Shown: positions 12,413-25,322 of the stretch, piece by piece
Layout: every line of letters starts with the position of its first letter
How positions within the stretch are numbered: the first letter of the stretch is position 1
Virus record (IMG/VR): IMGVR_UViG_3300021399_000140
Source of the DNA: an uncultured virus (IMG/VR IMGVR_UViG_3300021399_000140)
Taxonomy: Duplodnaviria > Heunggongvirae > Uroviricota > Caudoviricetes
Reading direction: 5' to 3' (one strand)
Length of the DNA: 64,000 nucleotides
Made by a program: the position numbers and the translations under genes
The notes under the pieces: model-generated
What the model saw: the letters and a program-made list of their open reading frames with translations, nothing else
What the model was told of the DNA's origin: nothing
The model's database searches: none

Positions 12413-14905
12413 ATGAAAATAAATGATTTTTATACATCAAACTATGTTGGTGAATTTTCAGAAATATCTTCAACAACTATAAATTCTACAATTTCTAAAT
12501 ATGTAGATTTAATACGTTAGAACAGTATTACCAATACATCAGAATTATACAATACTGATGCATAGGAAATATTATATTCAAATGCAGAAATGAAGTCATT
12601 TGAAGGTGGTGGAATAACTGAAACAGTTCCGCATAAAGATTCAGTTCAAACACATTTGCTAGAAGATATATAGAAAGGAATAAAAGGAATACTTACTGCA
12701 AATGAATGGCAATCTAGATAGCTTAATTTTTAGAGTTTCATCAGCGCCACTGTTAGAAACCAAGGCTATAATGACGATGATTTATTTTATTATAAATGGA
12801 GTGATTTATCAACAGTATTAAACATAAGTTTTAAAGAACTTCCGCCAATAAGATTTTAGACTTCATCAATAATAACTGCTGAAAGTTTCTTTACTTTAAT
12901 GAAGAATTTAAGCTATGTTTTGCAAAACATATATTCAGTTGACTATAGAATAATCTATAAAAAATACATGTCACATATTGATTTTTTTGTGATGAGTCCA
13001 GCATATTCAACTTGTCCTAATGGTAAAGTGTTTAGATATTACAAAGGAAGCAAACACAAAAATGAAAGGTATAGATATTTGTTGTTTAGTGATGTAGTCA
13101 TAACAAGTCCACTATTTAAGCATACTATTATATCAAACTCTTACAACAACAATGAACGTATAATAGGAACTTATACTCCAGCGCATGGAATTATAAATAA
13201 TAATTGTTTGTACAATGGTGAAATAAATGGTGATAATATAGGCTTTAGTGCAGCACTTGGTGGAGTAAAATTAGCATATGTTCCAATACAATTGCAATCA
13301 GATATTCCTAATTTCAACATTGAAAGTAATGTTGGAAGCAACGGAGTCTTTACAGCGTATAAGACAATAAGCTACAATAAAAGCAATGTATTAGAGAATT
13401 TTGTAAGTGGAATGCAAACATTTGTAGAAAAAGGAAAGACAATAATAACATACAAATTTGTAATAAATGCAATAAATATGCTGTTTAAGGCATGGCTTAA
13501 CTAGTTGAATGTTATGACTATAAATGTCTATGCATGTCATAGCAATTGTCACTATAATGGTGCAAATGTTCCAAGTGATGAACTTCCACCTAGCACTGTA
13601 ACATTTGAGTATTCTTATAAAAACTACCCAACTGACTTATCAACTATACTTGCTTGGGGAGATACATATTTAGGTACAGTACCTAGTGTAGAAGTAAAAG
13701 ATTCTGAAGTTAAATACAAGTATAAGTATGGAAACTATGTATTTTTTAGTAAAAATAATCATCTTCATATTCTAAACATATCTATTACATGCCCAACTAA
13801 TCCAGCCGCTGTATAGCAATCAACATATGAACTTGATTTTTCTAATAGCAGTAAAGCAGCAGTTCCAATGTTTTTGTATTAGTAGTTTACTAATGCAAAT
13901 ACAACTGATAGTTTAACTGCTAATTTTACATTGTCTAGCGCAGAATATACTAATACTACTTTTTACACAGTAGAATTTGTTTTGAGTAAAATAACAGATG
14001 CTGATAATCCAATTGCATCACGTTTTATATCTATAAATGGATAGAATTTTCTTTCTAGTTAGTAGGGTAACAACATAATTGCTAAAGTTTAGTTAGAAAA
14101 TAATTCAGTTTCAGCATTAGAAAGAATATCAAAACTTGACAAAATTTCTAACTACATTGCAGCTGAGAATTTAGATGAATCTCCAGCAGCAAAATCGTTT
14201 GGAGGTTGGTACTATAAAGTTGAAAAAGTAGAACATCCAATAACAGATCTAAGTAGTAGTGCAGCAATACCATATAGTAGTAGAATCTTTACTTTATCGG
14301 CTAAATGGATAGATATTGCTACACTTACACTATTTCCAAATGGTGGAAGCATAATAAAAAATGATAATGTTGTGCAATCTTTTACTAAATATTATCCTTA
14401 TGATACTATTCCAGCAGCTACTGGCCTAGAAGTTTCTTTAAGTGACTTTGTAGAAGATAACTTTTTGACATTAAGCGCTGATACTAGTGCTTTTACTGGA
14501 AATATTCTTAATGCTCCAAATGGCGACATAATAGCAACTCAAACAATTAGCGCTGACAGCCATATATCAGTATATCCAGAGTGGAAAGCTTTGTCAGTAT
14601 ATTTCAATGTTCCTAATACAGTAAAACTCGTTAATTCTGAAAATACTATTATTACTGCTATAAATCCTGCAAAATATGTTTATAAATTATGTTTTTATGA
14701 AGATGGTAGAGTTCAATATAAAACTAGAAGCACTAATGCTGTAGAACAAGAATTTTATTTATCAGGTTTTGATCCAGCAAGATATCGAATAAGTTGGTAC
14801 AATAAAAATCCTCAAGCTGATAATTCAAGTCAATATTCATTTAATGTAGATAATGAAATACTAGATGTAATGAGTTGCTATCTCAAGCTTGATTCTATAA
14901 GTTGA
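12413..14905 (+). CDS. Putative virion protein with WLN...CHxNCH module and beta-rich C-terminal domains
   Basis: Joins the 12899, 13505 and 14372 fragments; AWLNQLNVMTINVYACHSNCHYN; ends TGA. Confidence 0.6.
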
Positions 14906-14981
14906 TTGATATGTTAGCATACATTAAAATGGTAAAAACAAAGTAAATATGTCTAAATAAACAAGAAAGCGGCAAATTGAA

Positions 14982-15482
14982 ATGGCACTTTCACAAGAGA
15001 TATATGACTCAACAGAACTAGCTAAAGCGCAAGTAGCTAACTCAGATTTAAGCGATGACTACAAAGCGTCATTGCTGAAGCTTCTCAACATAGCAGCAGT
15101 CGCTACAAATGGAATAAAGCCAGAAGAGAAAATACAGAAGATGACAGAAGCAATCTAGATGCTTGCTGTCTCTCAAATAGCTTTCATAACGCATATTGAT
15201 GAAAGGATATTTGAGATAAACAGACGGCAATGTGCAGACTGTAAAGCAATGAAAGTAGCTAATGATATTGAAGAAGCAGAGAAGAACAAGAAGATAATTG
15301 AAGAGTACAAGAAAGCGCATGGGATTGCTGGAGATGAAGTTCCTCAAGGCGCAGCATTTCAGTATGGAGTAGTCAAGTCAATTCTCATGAAGCCATATGT
15401 ATGGATGTTTGGCAGTGTGGCAGTGTTTTCTCCATTCTTGTCTGACATTGTGAAGCAGATTTTAGACTTTTTCTCGAAATAA
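14982..15482 (+). CDS. Membrane protein with a C-terminal hydrophobic segment
   Basis: ATG 14982 in frame with the 15159 fragment via one TAG; ILMKPYVWMFGSVAVFSPFL. Confidence 0.6.
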
Positions 15483-15505
15483 CTAATTGACGAACAAAGA
15501 GAAAG

Positions 15506-15539
15506 ACTGCTGGGACCTAGCAATAGGTCCTTTCGCAGT
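15506..15539 (+). terminator. Hairpin, probable terminator
   Basis: GGACCTA-GCAA-TAGGTCC stem with an outer ACTGC/GCAGT extension. Confidence 0.55.
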
Positions 15540-15566
15540 TTACATTTCCTTCTAAGATGATATAAT
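15538..15566 (+). promoter_or_regulatory. Sigma70-type (early) promoter
   Basis: G-TTTACA-N16-TATAAT with TG extended -10. Confidence 0.65.
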
Positions 15567-15572
15567 TTAATT

Positions 15573-16292
15573 ATGAAAGTGATGTTGACATCAGATCTTC
15601 ATGGCCAACTAGATGGATTTGAAGAAGCAGCTAGCAACGCAGACATAGTTGCAGTTGCAGGAGACTTTGCTATGCTGAAAGGCAGAGGTTCTTGGCACAT
15701 CTATGACCAGAAGAAATGGGTCTAGAAGAAGTTCATTCCAATTCTTGAAAAGCTCTGTGATGTGCAGTTTGTCATAGTTCCAGGAAACCATGACTTTTGT
15801 GTTGAGCCAACTAGATGCAGAAGCATGGCAGCAAATGGCCAAGACATGCATTTAGATTGGCCAGAGAATGTGCATTTTCTTCTTGACAGTGGTTGTGAGA
15901 TAGATGGCTTCAAGTTCTATGGCACTCCATGGGTTCCACCAATAAGTTGGAGCTGGGCATTTGAGTCAGACTTACAGCAGCTTAAAGAGAAGTTTGCAAA
16001 GATTCCAGAAGGCTTTGACTTCTTGATTACGCATTGTCCACCATTTCTTGGAAGAGAATGTGATGTTGACAGGTCAATCCAGACAGACTCTGAGCATTTT
16101 GGCAGCTATGCGCTAGCAGAAGAGATTCTTGCTAAGAAGCCAACTTATGCAATTTGCGGGCATATACATTCTGGTGACCATTCTGGCCATCTGTTTGGTA
16201 GCACAATGGTGTTCAACGTCTCAAGACTTGATGAGAGATATGACATAGCTTATGAGCCACTTTGGCTAGACTTGAAGGACAAGCATGACTAA
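15573..16292 (+). CDS. Calcineurin-like metallophosphoesterase
   Basis: SDLHG, AGDF, PGNHD, LITHCPP and CGHIH motifs. Confidence 0.9.
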
Positions 16293-16893
16293 GAAGCAGC
16301 TAGCTAAGAAAGCAGGAAAAGGAAAAGATCCTGCATCAGTTAGAAAGATCACTTAGCAGTTTCATGACTTGCTTCAGTCTGCTCCAACATGGAGTGAAGT
16401 CTAGGCAGAGCGTAAGCGAAAGCTAGCAGCCTTAGGAAAAGAGCCAATTGACTTGATGGCGCCAAATGGTGTCAGAAGCGCAGACATGCTTGATGACATC
16501 TACCATACAGAGACATGGCAAGCTATGCAAGTGAAGCTAGCTACTTATGGAATGACATTGCAGATTGAAGACCATGTATGGCTTTGCAACACATTAGCTT
16601 ACCATTATGGATTTTGGCCTCATACACGACTAAGATTCAAAGCATATTGCTAGCTTATATAGAAAGATTTGGATTGTTTAGCAGTAGTTGGACAAAGGAA
16701 GTTTGTCAGCTTTGTCAAGAGAGAAGCTGAATATCTTGACAAGCAGATGAAGATTGATCCACTTTATGATGTTCCAGGAAGAAGAGATGAGCTGAAAGCT
16801 TGGCTCAAGCTGCTTGATGTGATGAAAAGATGCTAGAAGAGAAATGACGCAATTAAGAAGTCAAGAAAGAAGAAGTTATGGTAGATTGGCTGA
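16285..16893 (+). CDS. Hypothetical basic protein
   Basis: Open in code 15; includes the 16453 fragment; overlaps both neighbours. Confidence 0.55.
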
Positions 16894-17993
16894 AAAGAAA
16901 GAGAATGAACGTCCTAGTTGTAGGAGCTAATGGAATGCTTGGAAGTGCAGTTCTTAAGCATTTCCAGAAAGAAAGCATGAAGAAGCATTCAAAAATCAAC
17001 AGTTGCATAGGATTGGCTAAAGAAGACTATCAGCTTGGCAGCTTCTCAACAGCTCTTGCTAGAATGTGTGAAGACAAGATGGTTGATGTAGTGATAAATT
17101 GTGCAGCATATACTGACACAGCTGGTTGTGAAGACAAGCAGAACTTAGAGAAGTCATACATAGCAAATGTCCTTGGTGTAAAGAATTTAGCTTCTACTTG
17201 TGCATACCATAAAGTGAAGCTTGTCCATATCTCAACAGACTATGTCTATTCGCAGCACTCATACATGTACTAGCCATGGATATATGAGTTTCCATGCAAC
17301 ATGTATGGCATGCAGAAGTTGCTTGGTGAAAGAGAGATGCAGCTTGAGTATGCGCATTGGCCAGAAGGACAGCTTATCTGCAGAATGTCATGGCTGTATG
17401 GAAACACAAAGAAGCATCTTTTCATGCACAAGATCTTAGCTGCAGCATATAGAGCTAGAGCATTGATGGCAGAGCAGAACAAAGATGAAGCTGTAATCAA
17501 AGCAGCAGCAGACTAGTTTGGAAGTCCATAGACAGTAGACTCTGCAGCAAGCAAAATCTTGAACTTAGTTTGTGAAGGTGTGTATGGAACAGTCAATTGT
17601 TGGACAAGCATCTTAAATGAGACAAGATTTTCTTTTGCATAGCATATACTCAAAAGCTATGCCAATATGGTTGACAGGCGTCTAGCTCCAGTTAAAGTAG
17701 AAGCATGCAAGTCAACAGACTTTGTCTCTGTTGTAGAGCATCCACTGTTCTCAGACAAGACCGGTCTGCCAAATGAATATCTTGCTTCTAATTCATCATT
17801 TTGCAAGCTTGGAAGTGGTAGAAAGTTCACAAACATGCTGCTTAAGACTAAAAACAGCATTGATGACATTCTTCTAGACTATGGTGCAATAGCTTCGTTC
17901 ATACGAGACAATGGCAATGCTCTTAAAGAGCATGTACTTGGAATGCTTGATGACAAGACAAAAGACATATTGAGCAAATTACCAGAGTAGTAA
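16878..17993 (+). CDS. rfbD: dTDP-4-dehydrorhamnose reductase (RmlD/RfbD-like SDR)
   Basis: GANGMLG, INCAAYT, HISTDYV, YGMQK (YxxxK) and D(TAG=Q)FGSP motifs. Confidence 0.85.
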
Positions 17994-18022
17994 ATAGTAA
18001 AGTGGTAAAGGACAGACCGTAG

Positions 18023-19468
18023 ATGAAATTTAGAAGCATTCTAGCAGCATTGTTGATTCCATTTGCATGTTTCAGCGCAGAGTATGTGACAACTAACTTG
18101 AATGACAGTCTTCATACAGAAATAACTTATGATGCTGCTACTAACATAGACATACGTCTTGTAGAGATTCGCTCTCTTGACATTGACTTGACAATATCAA
18201 ACAAGTTCAGTCTTACATGGTGTAGTCCAAGAAAACTTTCAGTTGAAAAGCTTGATGCAGCATAGATAGTTGTTGAGAAAGTAGAAGTTGAATACCTTAC
18301 TCCAGAGAAAGTAGAAGTAGAGCTTTTGTCACCAGGCAAAGTAGAAGTAGCTGATGCACATTCAGCAAAGCTTCTAGTAGTTGACAATAGCATGTTCAAA
18401 GTTTTTTGGTCTGCAGATACATTTGCAGAACTAGACCAAATGAAGAAAGCATATTAGTTTGGCGCTTCATATGGTGGCTCTGGAAGTCCTAGAATGAAAG
18501 ATCTAGAAAAGCTGTATGGATTTTCAAACTTATAGATGTACTACAAATGGCTGAACAAGCTATGGGACAACAAGACACTTGAAATATCTAAGATAAAGCC
18601 AACTGGATCATTCAAGCTTATTGGAGAAGCATGGATATACAGCAACAAATGGGATCAAGCTGTAAAAGAGCAGTTTGAAAGAAATCTTCAATGGACAAAG
18701 GCTAAAGGCTATGACGCAGTTCTTGTGCGATTTGATTGCAATGAAGACATGACAAATCTTCTTGAAATGATACAGGTCATACGAAGCAAGAGCATGAAAG
18801 TATTTTCAGTATATGTTGGCCGGGACAACACTTGTCCAAGATGGAATCCTTACATTGATCCAGACAAGCTTGAGCCATTCTTCAAGACTATAGCAGCTAA
18901 GTCAGATGGCTACATTCTTGGTTGGAGAGAGACATCAACGCATGTCCGCTTGATGCCAAACGAGTTCTTCAACTACCTTTGCAAGATGGCTAGAGAAGCA
19001 AATCCTAACATTCTGCTGTATGGTGAGATCTACTATGGATATACATCATCGTCTGCAGGCAGAAGGGCATTGTTCTACAACATTCCAAAGAATGTGACTG
19101 GTGTAGTAGTATAGAATATGGGATTTGTTGGCTACAATCATGGCTACATTGTATAGCAGTTGTTCAAGAACATAGTTCCAAACTACAAGACATATGACAA
19201 GATATTCCAAGTAGTAGGAAGTGGACCATACTACAGAACTAAGAATGGGCATAATGGTGCATACATTGAAGATCTTTCAATTGAAGAAGAGTATAAGACA
19301 AAACGCTCTGTAGAGAACTCTTTCAAGCGATATGGAGCTAAGACTTTGACATTGCTTCATGATGGAGTTGATGACAACTTCACTTTCTTAGTAGCAGATC
19401 CAAATGACATGAAGCATTGGAATGACACTACAGACAACTTACTTTATGACACAACACTAACAAAATAA
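18023..19468 (+). CDS. Secreted protein, possible glycoside-hydrolase-like TIM barrel
   Basis: Sec signal MKFRSILAALLIPFACFSA; three in-frame fragments; KAKGYDAVLVRF and DGYILGWRE segments; fold call is an inference. Confidence 0.5.
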
Positions 19469-19483
19469 CAAAGGAAACAACAA

Positions 19484-20503
19484 ATGAAAAAAATACTAAT
19501 TGCAATAATGTTTGCTTCAATAGCAGCATTTGCAGACAATACTGTTCAAACTAGTATTGAACAACTAATAGCAGAAAAAAATTGGAATGTACTTTCAACA
19601 AATAGTTTTGATAGTAGCATTGTAAAGACATGGCAAACAACTGACGCTGAAGCTTTAGTAGAAGCTGCTATTTAGAATAAATTCTATTATACTGCTTATT
19701 CAGTTGCAACTGTAAATTCAAGAAAACCAACATTGATTGCTGCATGCTAGGCATTAGCTAATAATAATTTTATAACTAAAAAGAATGGAACATGCATGAC
19801 TATTCATTGGTCAAATTCATTAGATTGTTATGAATGTCGTGATGTAGTTATATCAATGGTTGCTAAATTACGTTAGATTCTAGCAGAAAATATTCCAGCA
19901 AATATTGAAAACGTAAATCTACCAGCAATGTGCAATTTTATTATGGTAGCTAACAACAAGTTCAATCTTGAAAAAACACCATTATAGATATCTGATAGTA
20001 TTATTAGAAATTCAGCTTTTAACTATATAAAACAACCAGCATTAACAATAAAAAACAGTGATTATAGTGAATAGTATGCTTAGATATATGCAAAATATTT
20101 TGCAGCTTTACCAGAAAATTCAGATCTTGCAATACGACAGAATGTTACATGGGAAAAACTTTCATATATAAATTGGCTTAATAAATATTATGGCACACAA
20201 TTTAATGATATATTATATGCTAAATCAAATTTTGCTGGAAAATTGTATATTGCAGTAGAAACAAGTGATGCTGACAAAGTTCTTGATGTATTAGAATTTG
20301 TAAAACAAGATACACTTGATGCTGAAACTACTTATAAGATGATAGTAATTCTTAATGGTCAAAAAGCTGACTGGCGCCAAGCAGATGTGCTTAAAGCTCT
20401 TAAGAACATCAACAGCATGTACACAATCAGACTTTATGATGATCGTGATGCTTGGGAGCCGGTTCTTAGCAAACTTCGTGCTATGATTGAAGTTAGACAG
20501 TAA
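19484..20503 (+). CDS. Secreted hypothetical protein
   Basis: Signal peptide MKKILIAIMFASIAAFA; AAAGGA RBS; joins the 20243 fragment. Confidence 0.65.
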
Positions 20504-20526
20504 TATAAGTCTGTCAGCTCACTTCT

Positions 20527-20557
20527 GGAAGCTTCTAGATTCATTCTGGAAGCTTCT
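20527..20557 (+). terminator. Hairpin, probable terminator
   Basis: GAAGCTTCTAGA-TTCAT-TCTGGAAGCTTC stem (one G-U pair); also a direct repeat of TTCTGGAAGCTTCT. Confidence 0.5.
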
Positions 20558-20697
20558 GCAGTCTTAGAAGATAGTTATTATGTCTAATATTAGAGTAATC
20601 TAAGATTTATCTATGATAATGTTCAAGAAGTGCTACATTTTATGAACAACTAATCTTAGAAATGCCAGAATCTTAGTCTTTGAAGTAAGTAAAAATG

Positions 20698-20716
20698 GTC
20701 TAAATTAGTACGATGT
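20698..20716 (+). promoter_or_regulatory. GTCTAA-N4-GTAYGRT motif (putative middle promoter)
   Basis: Same spaced motif at 37907, 44591 and 50867, each just upstream of an ATG. Confidence 0.55.
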
Positions 20717-20725
20717 AATAGAGTT

Positions 20726-21022
20726 ATGGAAAACGAAGAAGTCAAAAAAGAAGTAGTTGAAGAAGTAAATGAAGAGCAGATCGTCCAATCACCATTCAAG
20801 AAAGACATAGTTGACAGTGATGTGACTTTGATTGGTGACAAGTCAACTATATGCCAAGTAGTCTAGCTGCTTGCATACATACGTCATGCAATATAGAACA
20901 ACTTTCAGACTGAGATAAAGCTGAAAGTTGGCTATAAGATTGCTAATGGCACTTTCATGTTCGCTGTGAATGGTCTTGAGATTCCTGACTATCGTACACA
21001 AGAAGAGATAGAGATCAATTGA
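20726..21022 (+). CDS. Hypothetical protein
   Basis: Open in code 15 with two TAGs; ends TGA just before nrdD. Confidence 0.65.
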
Positions 21023-21036
21023 TTTTAGGAAACATC

Positions 21037-23328
21037 ATGAAGACAATATTGAAAAGAAGTGGAAAAGTAGAAGCTCTCTCAAAGAAGAAGCTTTTTGACT
21101 CTATATGCAATGCAAACAATGCTGTAGCAGAAGAAGAACGGCTAACAAAAAAGCAGATAACTAGAATAACAGAGACAGTTATTGCTTTTTGTGAAGATCT
21201 TGAAGAGCCAATTGACATTGACAAGCTTGAAGATGTCATTGAGAAGAAGTTGATGGAAGCTTAGGGATATGAAGTAGCTAAGAAGTACATCACTTACAGA
21301 TATGAGAAAGAGCGTGTCAGAAATAGCAGAAGCTTGACTGAGAAGCTCACTGCGTCAAATGTGCAGAACCAGAACGCTAATGTTGATGAGTTCTCATTTG
21401 GAGGACGTATTGGAGAGACTGCTTCATTTGTCGCTAAGCAGTATGCTCTTGACCATCTTATCTCAAAGAAGCATGTCCACAACCATGTGAACAATGAAAT
21501 CTACATACATGACCTTGACGCTTATGCAGTTGGCTCACACAACTGCCTTTCTATTCCATTTGACAAGCTTCTGAAAGAAGGATTCAACACACGCTAGACA
21601 GATGTGCGTCCTGCTGGCTCGGTCAACACTGCAATGCAGCTTGTCGCTGTGATATTCTAGCTTCAGAGCTTGCAGCAGTTTGGTGGAGTAAGCGCAACTC
21701 ATCTTGATTGGACAATGGTTCCTTATGTTCGTCTAAGTTTTTGCAAACATTATTTTGATGGATGGAGATTTATTGATTTAATGAATGGCTCAAAACTTAA
21801 AAAAGAACATAAAACAGAATTGCCAATATCTAAAGATGAAATAAGAGAACTGCCAATTGATTCTGATTGGTACAATCATGAAATTCCAGCATATACATAT
21901 GCAATGGAGAAGACGATTGAAGAGTTGAACCAAGCAGTTGAAGGAATGTACCACAATCTCAACACTCTTCAAAGCAGAAGTGGCAACTAGCTTCCATTCA
22001 CTTCAATAAACTATGGAACATGCACACTTCCTGAAGGAAGAATGGTGACTAAGGCTCTTATTGAAGGAAGCATCAAAGGATGTGGCAAGTTCCATAAGAC
22101 AAGCATATTCCCATGTGGAATATTCCAATGCATGAAAGGCGTCAACCGCAAAGAAGGTGATCCAAACTACGACTTGTTCAAACTTGCTTTGAAGAGCACT
22201 TCACTTCGTCTTTATCCAAACTACGCAAATGTTGATTGGACAGGAAACGCTGGTTATGATCCAGAGAATCCATGCACGTATTTCAGTACAATGGGATGCA
22301 GAACTGCCAATGGCTGGGACATCAACTGCGATGATCCAAAGCTTGGACAGCTTAAAGATGGACGCGGAAACATTTCACCTGTCACAATCATAATGCCAAC
22401 ACTTGCAATGCAAGCAAAAGAGAAAGTTCTAGCTGAGCGAGACAAAGACAATGCTAACAACATAGATTGGGAAGCAGGTGCTTTTTCAAAACGAGTGCAA
22501 TTAGCATTCATAAAGCTTCTTGACAAGAAGATAAATGAAGCGCGTGACATGCTTCTTGAACGTTTTGACTGGCAATGTTCTCAGCCAGCTAAGTCAGCTA
22601 AGTTCATGTATGAGAATGGAACTATGTATGGCTACAAGCCAGAAGAAGGAATTCGCTCAGCACTCAAGCATGGAACACTTGCAATTGGACAGCTTGGCCT
22701 TGCTGAGACATTGCAGATTCTCATTGGCAAAGACCACACTACAAAAGAAGGCATGCAATTAGCAGTTGAGATTGAGACTCTGTTCAAAGAGAAGTGCGCT
22801 AAGTTCAAGAAAGACAACAAGCTGAACTTTGGCGTTTACTACACACCAGCTGAGAATCTTTGTTACACTGCAATGAAGAAGTTCAAAGCACAATATGGTG
22901 AAATAAAGAACATTTCTGACCATGAGTTCTTCACAAACTCAATGCACGTTCCAGTATGGAAGAAGATGACACCATTTGAGAAAATCGACATTGAAGCTTA
23001 GCTTACTCCATATTCATCTGCTGGTTCAATAACATATGTTGAACTTGATGCTGGAACAGTTAATAATATTCAAGCACTTGAAGATCTTGTAAACTATGCA
23101 ATGGACAAAGACATTCCATACTTTGCTATAAATGTTCCATCTGACAGTTGTTCAGATTGTGGATATCAAGGCAGTATTGATGGTAACTGTCCAAAATGTG
23201 GAAGCTCAAACATATAGCGCCTTCGCAGAGTAACTGGATATCTCACTGGTTCATACAAAGATGCATTTAATCCTGGAAAGATTGCTGAAGTTGAGAATAG
23301 AGTGAAGCATAATGGACTGGAGGCTTGA
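21037..23328 (+). CDS. nrdD: Anaerobic (class III) ribonucleoside-triphosphate reductase with ATP cone
   Basis: ATP cone; YIHDLD, HNC, MGCRT, TPAENL, CxxC...CPKCG and RRVTGYL glycyl loop; TAGs fall on conserved Gln. Confidence 0.97.
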
Positions 23329-23330
23329 TT

Positions 23331-23810
23331 ATGAACTATGCTTCTATCTTAAAAGCTGACATTGCCAATGGAGAGCATTTCCGTGTCTCACTTTTTGTAA
23401 GTGGCTGCGCTCGCAACTGTCCAGGCTGTTTCAACCAAGAAGCACAAAATCCAGCTTTTGGCAAGCCATTTGATGACAAAGCTAAGAAGAAGATCTTTAA
23501 AGAGCTTGAGCATGACTGGTGCAGAGGCGTATCATTCTTAGGTGGTGAGCCATTGTCAAAGCTTTCTGACAACAGAAAAGTCGTCATTGAGCTTGCAAAA
23601 GAGATAAGAGAGAAGTTTCCTGACAAAGACTAGTGGATTTGGTCGGGGTATACACTTGAAGAGATCCAAGCTGATAACTCAATGAAAGACATCTTGAAGT
23701 ATGTAGATGTTCTTGTTGATGGACCATTCATTGAAGAGCAGAAAGACTTAAGCATTCCTTTTCGTGGAAGCAGGAACTAGCGAATCTTGAAAAGAGGAAT
23801 TGACTTTTGA
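23331..23810 (+). CDS. nrdG: Anaerobic RNR activase (radical SAM)
   Basis: SLFVSGCARNCPGCFN, GGEPL, DVLVDGPF and FRGSRN(TAG=Q)R. Confidence 0.95.
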
Positions 23811-23820
23811 CGGCAAAGTA

Positions 23821-24114
23821 ATGAAAAAGAAGATACAATACATTGAGAACAACCAGACGAGATTGTTGTCTAAGATATGCAAAGATGCAGGATATAGCAA
23901 GTGCTTATGCCATATATGGAGGTATTTTCTTTACTTCAATGATCCAGCTACACCAAATGATTATGGCATATGGTTCTCTTATGATGAGAATGGTTGGCAG
24001 AAGACATGCCGCACTATGGATCCATGGTATGACAAGATATACAATGGACTATGCAAATGCTTTCCAGATGGAATTGAAGGACTTGAACTTCCTCCTAAGT
24101 TAGATTCAATTTAA
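23821..24114 (+). CDS. Hypothetical protein
   Basis: TAG-free ORF ending TAA. Confidence 0.55.
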   Translation: MKKKIQYIENNQTRLLSKICKDAGYSKCLCHIWRYFLYFNDPATPNDYGIWFSYDENGWQKTCRTMDPWYDKIYNGLCKCFPDGIEGLELPPKLDSI

Positions 24115-24158
24115 GAGACAACAAGAATCAGAGTATTTGAAGAGAGGAATTGTCTTTT

Positions 24159-24821
24159 ATGGAAATAGAAGAACTAGATTTCAATAATCCTATCACAATA
24201 CCTAGGTTTTATTGTTTCTACAGAGATGTATTTAGAAAATGCTTCAACAAAAATGAGATAGGAAGTGTTGAAGCTTATGTCAAGATAAAGTCTGATGCTT
24301 AGTTATATGACAATGAGTATGAATATCATCTTGACTTCATAAAAGATGATGGAAAATATGTTGCATGCTTCATATATTGCTGGTTTCCAAAGATAAAGAT
24401 GCTTGCAGCAGAGTTTGCATGTGTAGAAGAACATTACAGAGGAAAAGGCCTTGCAAAGATGCTTATGAAGCATGTTGAGCAAAAATATGACTTTGACTGG
24501 ATGTTTGGAGAAATTGAAGAAGACAATTTTACAAATTTGTCTATATGGAAAAAATATGGCTTCAAGCATATTCCAATAAAGTACTAGCAGCTTTCACTTG
24601 GAGATGGAAGAGATCCAGTAGACAGCATGAAGCTTTGTGTTTATAGTAAAGATAAGCATCTTAACGAGATCAGTCTTGACAATGTACGACAATTTGTATG
24701 GCATTACTACAAGTATTCATAGTTTTGCAATGATCCAGACATCACTAGCACCATTGTTCAAATAGACAATCTGTTGAATCAAGGCATTAAAGACTTAAAT
24801 CTTGAAACATTAGCAGTCTAA
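24159..24821 (+). CDS. GNAT-family acetyltransferase
   Basis: CVEEHYRGKGLAK acetyl-CoA motif and WKKYGF; GAGG RBS. Confidence 0.8.
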
Positions 24822-24895
24822 TGTTGTTTAGACTATCACAAAGTATAATATAATTATTATCTAGAATAAAGTAAATATGTTCAAAGGATCATTAT

Positions 24896-25249
24896 ATGAA
24901 TAGTGTAACATTTGAAATACTTTGCAATAATATAAAAAATGCATTATAGAAAAATGCAGAATATAAAAATGCAAGAGTGGCAATAATGCCAAATGGTGAA
25001 AATTATACAATTGCTATATCAGCAACAATAAATCATTCAAAAAAATAGATAATTATAAACACTGATAAATACGAGCCACATGGAATAAGTGCATAGAAAT
25101 TTTTAGCTGGTGCAACAAAATATTTGCCAAAATGTGCAAAATACTCAGTGAAAATTAAAACAGATGACGATGATAATGGAAAAATGTTGACAGGAAAAGT
25201 CAAATTAAATGATGATTCTGTAGATGGATTATCAATAATTCTAAGTTAA
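24896..25249 (+). CDS. Hypothetical protein
   Basis: Open in code 15; GTAAATA and AAGGA upstream. Confidence 0.6.
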
Positions 25250-25322
25250 TATATTGCAAAAATCAGACAATTAATGATTTAAAGCTGCAAAAAGCCATAT
25301 AGTTTAAATAAAAAGACATAAA

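Noticed and set aside
12234..13552. c-type heme-binding motifs
   Set aside because: Spacing is CxxxCH rather than CxxCH, and there is no signal peptide or maturation system
20504..20725. Suppressor tRNA or ncRNA in the longer intergenic gaps (also 44434-44615)
   Set aside because: No cloverleaf, T-loop or CCA recognised; explained by terminator plus promoter motifs
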